From Acidobacteriota bacterium (lineage in GTDB: Bacteria > Actinomycetota > Acidimicrobiia > Spongiisociales > ZC4RG35), in NCBI GenBank assembly GCA_022573225.1, contig JACZUI010000002.1, positions 28,751 to 92,750 of the forward strand: 64,000 nt of DNA, read 5' to 3'. The notes below the pieces were generated by a model, which was given only the letters and a program-made list of their open reading frames with translations, did no database searches and was not told the origin of the DNA. Shown piece after piece: positions 56,070-64,000 of the stretch (position 1 is its first letter; each line of letters starts with the position of its first letter). A program made the position numbers and the translations under genes.

Positions 56070-58460
56070 TCAGTTCTGACGCGCCTCCTCGAAGCTTTCT
56101 TCGAAGCTAGGTGCGCTACGACGACCCTCGCCGGCGGATGAAGGCTGTCCTCCGTCGCCGCTGCGACTGTCGCTCTTGCCGGCGCCGCGATCATCACGAC
56201 TGCGATTGCGGTCATTGCGTCCGCGGTCACGGCCGCCTCTGCCGCCGCGATCGTCACGACCGCGATCGCCGCCGCGCTTGGGCGCCTCGCCGGTAGGCAA
56301 GGTTGCGCCCTCCAGAGCGTCGACCAGTTCGAGACTGACCTTGCCGCGATCGATCTCGCGGACTCTCACCTTGAGCTCCTGACCATCGTCGAGGTAGTCC
56401 TCAACACGCTCTACTCGCTTCGATCCGTCGAGACGAGAGATATGAAGCAGACCGTCGCGTCCGGGGAGGATGTTGACGAAGGCGCCGAACTTGGTGATGT
56501 TGACAACCTTCCCGTCGTACTCGGCACCGATCTCTGCTTCGGGTGGGAAGGCGATCTGCATCACCCTCTCCTTGGCAGCCGCGAGGGCGGCACTGTCGGC
56601 TGAGGCGATTCTGACGATTCCGTGACCGTCGGCCTCGTCGATCTCGATCTTGGCGCCGGTCACCTCTTCGAGTTCGCGGATAACCGCACCCTTGGGGCCG
56701 ATGATCTCGCCGATCTTGTCCTTCGGGATCTCGATCGACTCGATCCGTGGCGCCCATTCGTTCATCTCGCTCCGTGGCTCGGCAATGACCTCAGCCATGG
56801 CGCTGAGGATGAACAGTCGGGCTTCACGAGCCTGGCTCAGTGAGTTCTTCAACACTTCGGAGGGAAGACCCTGGATCTTGGTGTCCATTTGGAGGGCCGT
56901 GATCACACCAGCCGTGCCGGCAACCTTGAAGTCCATGTCGCCAAGAGCGTCCTCCGCACCGAGAATGTCGGTGAGAGTCACGTACTTGCCGTCCTGATGG
57001 ATCAGACCCATCGCGATTCCGGCAACCGGATCGGAGATCGGCACGCCGGCGTCCATCATCGAGAGACTCGACGCACAAACTGATGCCATTGACGACGAAC
57101 CGTTCGAGGCAAGAACCTCCGAGACCAGACGTAGCGCGTAGGGGAACTCATCCGCGTCCGGAACGACCGGGAGAAGGGCCTTCTCGGCGAGGGCGCCATG
57201 ACCGATCTCGCGACGCTTGGGACCGCGCATGAAGCCGGCCTCACCAGTGGAGAACGGTGGGAAGTTGTAATGGTGCATGTAACGCTTGGACTCCTCGAGT
57301 CCGAGGGTGTCCAGCATCTGCTCCATCTTGAGCATGCCCAGAGTCGTTATGTTCAAGACCTGGGTCTCACCACGTTGGAACAGAGCCGACCCGTGGGTCC
57401 GCTCGACGGCACCAACCTCGATGGTCAGCGGCCGGATGTCGGTGGCGCCTCGTCCGTCAAGACGAACGCCGTCTTCGACCACCCTGTCACGGGCGACCTT
57501 CTTGAAAACCGACTTGAAGGCTCGCTTGGCTTGCGCCAGGCCATCGGTGTCGTCCTCCGCAAGACCCGACTCGGCGATGACAGCCTCGAGAAGCTCTGCT
57601 TCGGCGTCTTGACGCTCGCGCTTGCCGGCAATGGCGACAACAGCACCCAACTTGGGAGTGGCTGCGGCTTCGACCATGGCATAGATCTCATCGCTGTAGT
57701 CGACTACGACGGGCCACTCGGCGGGCGTGACCGTCACGGTCGCAGCCAGCTCGAGCTGGAGATCGATCATCTGACCGATGTACTCCTTCGACTCCTCGAG
57801 GCCCTCGGCTACCGCATCCTCGTCAGAGGGACGGTCGCCGTCGGCGATGAGAGTCATGGCATTAGGGGTGGATCCTGCCTCGACCATGGTGATGTCGATG
57901 TCACCGTCGTCATTGCGACGACCAGCGACGACAAGCTCGAAGACCGACTCAGTGAGGTCTTCTTCAGTCGGGAACGGAACCCACTCGCCCTTCTTCAGCC
58001 CGAGGCGGACAGCGCCGAGCGGGCCTTCGAACGGGATGTTGGATACCGAGAGCGCCGCGGACGCACCGTTGAGGGCAATGACGTCGAACGGGTTCTCCTG
58101 ATCGACGGCAAGCGAGGTGACCACGATGTGGGTCTCGTTGCGATAGCCATCACGGAACGATGGGCGAAGCGGGCGATCGATGAGCCGACAGGTGAGGATG
58201 GCCTGCTCCGAAGGGCGGCCCTCCCGACGGAAGAACGAGCCGGGGATCTTGCCCACGGAGTACATCCGCTCTTCGAAGTCGACGGTGAGAGGGAAAAAAT
58301 CGATGCCCTCTCGCATCCTGGTGTTTGCGGTGGCGGTAACCAACATTTCGGTACCGCCCAACTTGGCGACGACGGCTCCGTTGGCCTGGCCGGCAAGCTT
58401 GCCGGTACTCAGGACGAACTCTTTGCCGCCGATGGTGCCTCTTACTGAGGTTTCGGGCAC
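56070..58460 (-). CDS. pnp: polyribonucleotide nucleotidyltransferase (PNPase) with an Arg/Gly/Asp-rich C-terminal tail
   Basis: 796 aa. Two RNase PH domains, KH and S1 domains. GTG start preceded by AAGGAG. The last 82 aa are low-complexity (GGDRGRDDRGGRGGRDRGRNDRNRSRDDRG...). Confidence 0.95.
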   Translation of the reverse strand: MPETSVRGTIGGKEFVLSTGKLAGQANGAVVAKLGGTEMLVTATANTRMREGIDFFPLTVDFEERMYSVGKIPGSFFRREGRPSEQAILTCRLIDRPLRPSFRDGYRNETHIVVTSLAVDQENPFDVIALNGASAALSVSNIPFEGPLGAVRLGLKKGEWVPFPTEEDLTESVFELVVAGRRNDDGDIDITMVEAGSTPNAMTLIADGDRPSDEDAVAEGLEESKEYIGQMIDLQLELAATVTVTPAEWPVVVDYSDEIYAMVEAAATPKLGAVVAIAGKRERQDAEAELLEAVIAESGLAEDDTDGLAQAKRAFKSVFKKVARDRVVEDGVRLDGRGATDIRPLTIEVGAVERTHGSALFQRGETQVLNITTLGMLKMEQMLDTLGLEESKRYMHHYNFPPFSTGEAGFMRGPKRREIGHGALAEKALLPVVPDADEFPYALRLVSEVLASNGSSSMASVCASSLSMMDAGVPISDPVAGIAMGLIHQDGKYVTLTDILGAEDALGDMDFKVAGTAGVITALQMDTKIQGLPSEVLKNSLSQAREARLFILSAMAEVIAEPRSEMNEWAPRIESIEIPKDKIGEIIGPKGAVIRELEEVTGAKIEIDEADGHGIVRIASADSAALAAAKERVMQIAFPPEAEIGAEYDGKVVNITKFGAFVNILPGRDGLLHISRLDGSKRVERVEDYLDDGQELKVRVREIDRGKVSLELVDALEGATLPTGEAPKRGGDRGRDDRGGRGGRDRGRNDRNRSRDDRGAGKSDSRSGDGGQPSSAGEGRRSAPSFEESFEEARQN

Positions 58461-58655
58461 TTAGTGCTCCTTACATTGGGAGCCGAACCCGTTGGCAGTG
58501 GCCGTGTCTCGCATGATCTGAGACATCGCCACTGACAACCGGCAGGGCTCGCGTGTCTTGGTGATCCCGGGCTCTATAGAAGGCCCAGAGCTGTTTTGGG
58601 GCTATGCCCCATAACCATGAGGAGCGGGTTTGGCCGCACCTCATGAAAATCTTGG
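58461..58655 (-). promoter_or_regulatory. rpsO-pnp intercistronic leader with a long interrupted hairpin (Actino-pnp-like / RNase III-type site candidate)
   Basis: 195-nt untranslated spacer. Arms at 58496-58510 and 58520-58534 form 6+7 bp around a 2x2 internal loop. Structured autoregulatory leaders upstream of pnp are known in E. coli and Actinobacteria. Confidence 0.45.
58616..58645 (-). terminator. hairpin downstream of rpsO (candidate leaky terminator/attenuator)
   Basis: CAUGAGG-(GCGG...CCGC)-CCUCAUG begins 11 nt after the rpsO stop and is followed by GUUAU. Confidence 0.45.
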
Positions 58656-58913
58656 TTATCGACGAAGTCCCAACTTGGCGATGAGGCCTCGGTAACGATC
58701 GGCGTCCTGACGGCGCAGGTAATCGAGGAGACGACGACGCTTGCCAACCATCATCAGCAGTCCGCGACGGCTGTGATGGTCGTGCTTGTGGTCTTGAAGA
58801 TGTCCGGTGAGGTGGTTGATGCGCTCGGTGAGGGCCGCAACCTGTACCTCGGGAGAGCCGGTGTCGCTCTCGTGCGTGCCGTACTCGGCGACGATCTCGG
58901 TGGTTGTCTTCAT
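58656..58913 (-). CDS. rpsO: 30S ribosomal protein S15
   Basis: 85 aa. ...[48 protein letters not shown] is canonical S15. Confidence 0.95.
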   Translation of the reverse strand: MKTTTEIVAEYGTHESDTGSPEVQVAALTERINHLTGHLQDHKHDHHSRRGLLMMVGKRRRLLDYLRRQDADRYRGLIAKLGLRR

Positions 58914-58972
58914 TGCGCGTAAAACCTGATTGGTAAAGGGAAACCGGCCAGAACCCTAACAGCTTCACCACT

Positions 58973-59902
58973 TCAACTCATATTTGACGGCGTCGATTCC
59001 AGAATGGCTCTCGTCTCCACGATGTCATGATCCATCCGCGCGACGAGTTCGTCGGTCGACTCGAAGCGAAGCTCATCACGGAGGTTCTCGACAAATTCCA
59101 CAGTGAGTTGCTCTCCGTACAGATCACCGTCGAAGTCGATCAGATACGCTTCGATAAGGCGATCGCCTCCACCGAAGGTCGGACGCACCCCGACATTGAC
59201 CGCAGCTCGATGGACCTTGCCCCCCACTCGTGCGTAGGCGGCGTAGACCCCGTCACCCGGAATCACCTTTCGCTGCGGCGGGACGAGATTCGCCGTAGGG
59301 AACCCGATGGCTCGGCCTCGCTTGTCCCCAGCCACGACCTGACTGGTCAAGCGATACCTGGCCCCCAACAGCTCGGCGGCCTCCGCAACTCGCTGGGATT
59401 CGATCAGCCCGCGTATCCGGGATGAAGAGACTGTGCCATTGGAAACAACCAGATCAACGACGTCGACCACAAATCCGAGCTCATCGGCTTGAGACCACAA
59501 CATCGCGATGCTGCCTGCCCGGTTCTTCCCAAACTGAAAGTCGACACCCGCAACGATCCTCTTCGCACCCAGCCTGCCGACCAGAACCTCCGAAACAAAC
59601 TCCTCCGGGGCAAGATCCCTGATCTCGGCCAGGTCTAGGACCGCCACCATGGACACACCAAGAGAGTCGAGAAGTTCGATCCGCTCATCGATGGTTGTGA
59701 TCAGTCGCGGCGGTACGCCCGGAGAGAGCACTTCGACGGGGTGTGGCTCGAACGTCACGACGGTGGGCACGAGACCATCTGTTGTCAGTCGCTCCAGGAG
59801 CGTCCGATGGCCGCGGTGCACGCCGTCGAGGACCCCGACCGTAATTGCCGCCGGTTCGGCGACCGGGCTCCAGTCCATCCACGGACCGTCAACAACCTTC
59901 AA
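58973..59902 (-). CDS. ribF: bifunctional riboflavin kinase / FMN adenylyltransferase
   Basis: 309 aa. GVLDGVHRGHRTLL (FAD synthetase), GFPTANL and the C-terminal riboflavin kinase domain (LIDFDGDLYG...RDE.RF). Confidence 0.9.
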   Translation of the reverse strand: MKVVDGPWMDWSPVAEPAAITVGVLDGVHRGHRTLLERLTTDGLVPTVVTFEPHPVEVLSPGVPPRLITTIDERIELLDSLGVSMVAVLDLAEIRDLAPEEFVSEVLVGRLGAKRIVAGVDFQFGKNRAGSIAMLWSQADELGFVVDVVDLVVSNGTVSSSRIRGLIESQRVAEAAELLGARYRLTSQVVAGDKRGRAIGFPTANLVPPQRKVIPGDGVYAAYARVGGKVHRAAVNVGVRPTFGGGDRLIEAYLIDFDGDLYGEQLTVEFVENLRDELRFESTDELVARMDHDIVETRAILESTPSNMS

Positions 59903-60777
59903 GCGGGAATCACCACCTCGGGTCGGGCCTGGTCACCGTGACGAAGGTAAATGGCGATCAGATCCCCCGATTCGTCGAGAACCCGAAGAGGCGTGTCTTC
60001 CGGAGCGTCGATGATCTCGCCACCGACAAACCTCATGCCGTGTCTCACTCCTTGCGCTGTCTTCTGGCCAACGATTACCACGGGAAGGTCGGCGAGTGCC
60101 TCGGTTGGGGTCAACATCTTCTGCTCCCAGGTCTCGAGCTCATCGACAGCGATGCCGTACTCAGAAAGGCTGAGCGATCCGATCCTGGTTCGCCGGAGCG
60201 AGGTCAGATGAGCCGATCCCCCCAACGCCGCGGCAAGGTCGTCGGCCAACGATCTCACATAGGTGCCCTTCCCACAAACGACCCGAAAATCGACTTCCGG
60301 GTAGGGCCCGGCGCCCACAGACAGGATCTCCAGCTCGTATACGTCGACGGGACGCGCCTCACGCTCTATCACCGTGCCTTCCCGGGCGAGCTCATAGAGA
60401 CGGCGGCCCTCATGCTTGAGGGCAGAGACCATCGGCGGAATCTGGTGAATCCTTCCGACAAATCGTTTCGCTGCATCGATCACCCCCTCCTCGGTGACAT
60501 CCATGGGCTCTCGGGTCAGGACGGCGCCATCTGCATCGAGAGTGTCGGTGGCGACGCCGAACAATGCGGTGGCCAGATACTCCTTGGGCAGATCCTGGAC
60601 AAAGCGGACGAGTCGGGTAACGGGGCCGATGGCCACCACCACCGCACCCGTGGCCATTGGATCCAGTGTCCCGGCGTGACCGACCTTCTTGATGCCGGTC
60701 GCCCTCTTCACTTTCCCGATCACAGCATTCGAGGAGATTCCTGAGGGCTTGTCGACAACGAGGAATCCCGCCGTCAT
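59899..60777 (-). CDS. truB: tRNA pseudouridine(55) synthase
   Basis: GFLVVDKPSGISS...KVGHAGTLDPMATG (catalytic Asp motif), QIPPMVSALK, and a PUA-like C-terminus. Confidence 0.9.
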   Translation of the reverse strand: MTAGFLVVDKPSGISSNAVIGKVKRATGIKKVGHAGTLDPMATGAVVVAIGPVTRLVRFVQDLPKEYLATALFGVATDTLDADGAVLTREPMDVTEEGVIDAAKRFVGRIHQIPPMVSALKHEGRRLYELAREGTVIEREARPVDVYELEILSVGAGPYPEVDFRVVCGKGTYVRSLADDLAAALGGSAHLTSLRRTRIGSLSLSEYGIAVDELETWEQKMLTPTEALADLPVVIVGQKTAQGVRHGMRFVGGEIIDAPEDTPLRVLDESGDLIAIYLRHGDQARPEVVIPA

Positions 60778-61736
60778 CTGTAGCGGCCGATCCTCGTGCG
60801 AATCTCATTGAGAGCGCCGGCGACATCGCCGTTGTAGGTGAATCCGGCGGCGAGCCTGTGCCCTCCTCCACCCAGTTCGGCCGCCAGCGCGCCGACGTCG
60901 GTCGCTCCACGAGATCTCATGCTGATCTTGACCCGACCGTCGTCGTGGACCTTGGCGATCACTGCCGAGTCGGCTTCCTGAGCGAGGCGAATCGTATTGA
61001 TCAGGTTGTCGATATCCCCCCAGTCGATCCCCGCCGATGTGAGATCGTCCTGGGTTATGAAGGTGGTAACCAGGCTGAGCTCCTCATCCAGTTCGGCACG
61101 GGACAATGCCGCTCCGGCTGCCTTCAGATAGCCAAAAGGGGCTTCCTCGTACACATGGCGAGAGATTTCGTCCGGCTGAGCCCCGGCGGCAACAAGGCGC
61201 GCGGCAAGCGTGAGGGTCTCGGGACGGGTATTGGTGTATTGGAAACGACCGGTATCGGTGACGATGGCGGTGTGAAGACAGGTGGCGATTTTGGGAGTTA
61301 TTGGCCATCTCAGGCTGTCCAAGATCATGGCCACCAACTCCCCGGTTGCTGCCGCGTCCGGGTCGACCAGCGGAATGTCGCCGAATCCCTGATTGGTCAC
61401 ATGATGATCGATCACGACTACGGTCGCCGCCGCCTTCGCATTGACGGCCAACTCGCCTAGCCGATCGGCCGAGCCGGCGTCTAAGACAACCATCGTCTCC
61501 GGATTCTTGGGGAAATCTTCGGGAGCGACCAACAGTTCGGTAGGCAGGAAGGACAGATTCCCCGGCACGACGTACGGCGAGCCAAAGCTTGCGACCACCT
61601 TCTTGCCCGCCGTCTGCGCGGCGATCCCCAGTCCGAGCATCGACCCCAAGGCGTCGCCATCAGGGCCGATATGACAGGCCAGGGCCAATTCCCGGGCGTC
61701 GCCGATGGCTCGCGAGGCTTGCTCGATGAGACTCAT
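60774..61736 (-). CDS. nrnA: DHH-family bifunctional oligoribonuclease / pAp phosphatase NrnA
   Basis: HIGPDGDALGS (DHH motifs I-II), VVIDHH, and C-terminal DHHA1 GGGGHRLAAG. Confidence 0.85.
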   Translation of the reverse strand: MSLIEQASRAIGDARELALACHIGPDGDALGSMLGLGIAAQTAGKKVVASFGSPYVVPGNLSFLPTELLVAPEDFPKNPETMVVLDAGSADRLGELAVNAKAAATVVVIDHHVTNQGFGDIPLVDPDAAATGELVAMILDSLRWPITPKIATCLHTAIVTDTGRFQYTNTRPETLTLAARLVAAGAQPDEISRHVYEEAPFGYLKAAGAALSRAELDEELSLVTTFITQDDLTSAGIDWGDIDNLINTIRLAQEADSAVIAKVHDDGRVKISMRSRGATDVGALAAELGGGGHRLAAGFTYNGDVAGALNEIRTRIGRYR

Positions 61737-62092
61737 TCGTCTTCCACCTTTGCAGTGCTGAGTGTGCGCAGGATTCTGTCGATTCTCTCCCCACCCACGA
61801 CTCCGTAATCCATTTGAAACTCCAATGTGGGTGTGTACTTGAGCCGCAGCTGTCTGCCGATCACCGACTGAAGGCGTATGGCAGCGCGTGACAGAGCGTC
61901 GAGAGCCGGTTGGTATTGATCCGACGCGAGCACATCTATGTACACGACCGCGTGACGAAGATTGGGTGCGGTGTCCACCCCGATTATCGACACCATTTCC
62001 AACCGCTTGTCACTGAGACGCTCGATCTCATCGGCGAGGACTTCGCGCAGAGTCGAATTGACCTTGAGCATGCGCGGGCTCTGTTGGCTCAT
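61733..62092 (-). CDS. rbfA: ribosome-binding factor A
   Basis: 119 aa. R..KVNS.LREVLADEI..L.D.RL..VSI.GVD...DLRHA.VY; position between infB and truB. Confidence 0.9.
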   Translation of the reverse strand: MSQQSPRMLKVNSTLREVLADEIERLSDKRLEMVSIIGVDTAPNLRHAVVYIDVLASDQYQPALDALSRAAIRLQSVIGRQLRLKYTPTLEFQMDYGVVGGERIDRILRTLSTAKVEDE

Positions 62093-62381
62093 TCCGGCTC
62101 CTCCAGTTCGCTCAGGAAGATGTCCACGACTTCGATCTCGAGTCTGGCATCAAGGTAGCGACGCAACTTCGTGACGTGCATCGCGAGACTTTTGCCGTCG
62201 GGAGCGGCAATCGCCACACCAATGGTGGCCCGCTGCCAGGAATCGTGGTGATCGACTTCGGCAATGCTGTATGAGCCGAGCCTCCGAAGGCCTTCGATGA
62301 GCGGACGCAAGATCGCTCGCTTCTCCTTGATCGACTGGGGTGTGGGAAGATGCAGCTCGACCCGGAGAGCCGCGACACGCA

Positions 62382-62382
<1 letters not shown>
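62089..62382 (-). CDS. DUF503 (YlxP-like) protein
   Basis: 97 aa from ATG 62382 (shares one nt with the infB stop). MRVAALRVELHLPTPQSIKEKRAILRPL is the typical DUF503 start. Conserved position after infB. Confidence 0.8.

Positions 62383-64000
<1,618 letters not shown>

Noticed and set aside
56100-56300. Repetitive gccgccgcgatcg-type DNA that could be read as a tandem repeat or CRISPR-like array.
   Set aside because: It is simply the coding sequence of the Arg/Gly/Asp-rich PNPase tail. The repeats are short and irregular, with no spacer structure.
58471-58971. 166-aa minus-strand ORF spanning the rpsO region.
   Set aside because: It overlaps the unmistakable S15 gene in another frame and covers the non-coding pnp leader. 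It has no protein-like features.

Overview
This is a high-GC, gene-dense chromosomal segment of about 60 genes with Actinomycetota hallmarks: F420 biosynthesis and F420-dependent enzymes, a mycothiol-type DinB-fold protein, a DUF222-HNH gene, and mycobacterial-type LexA boxes (TCGAAC-N4-GTTCGA). Most of it is core housekeeping. The right end carries the conserved block infB(partial)-DUF503-rbfA-nrnA-truB-ribF-rpsO-pnp. The middle carries icmF-thrA-valS. Other content includes lhr, split FO synthase genes cofG/cofH, an SOS mutasome split into two loci (dnaE2 at 28-31 kb, imuA'-imuB at 50-52 kb) that share an identical LexA palindrome, and an Fpg/Nei glycosylase, plus assorted hydrolases, transferases and lipoproteins. 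I saw no rRNA, tRNA, CRISPR array, transposase, integrase or prophage genes. I could not identify a clear novel multi-gene system, so the findings below are leads, not discoveries. In rough order of interest: (1) a single lipoprotein gene of unknown family is bracketed by 63-bp direct repeats that duplicate the 3' end of fpg, next to the SOS promoter of imuA'; (2) an orphan gene pair encodes an HExxH-metallopeptidase-like/VWA protein and a CobS-like AAA+ ATPase with degenerate Walker motifs, and it heads a five-gene same-strand array that includes a long LOG-family protein; (3) a type II dehydroquinase (AroQ) is fused to an alpha/beta-hydrolase; (4) a long structured leader, possibly a c-di-AMP/ydaO-class riboswitch with a terminator-like platform, precedes a secreted lytic transglycosylase; (5) CofH carries an unexplained N-terminal extension of about 245 aa. 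Smaller items are a triple-frameshifted hydrolase pseudogene, a probable ATT start codon, RBS-sequestering hairpins downstream of pnp, and an Arg/Gly-rich tail on PNPase. All functional calls come from reading the translated ORFs for motifs; no database search was run.
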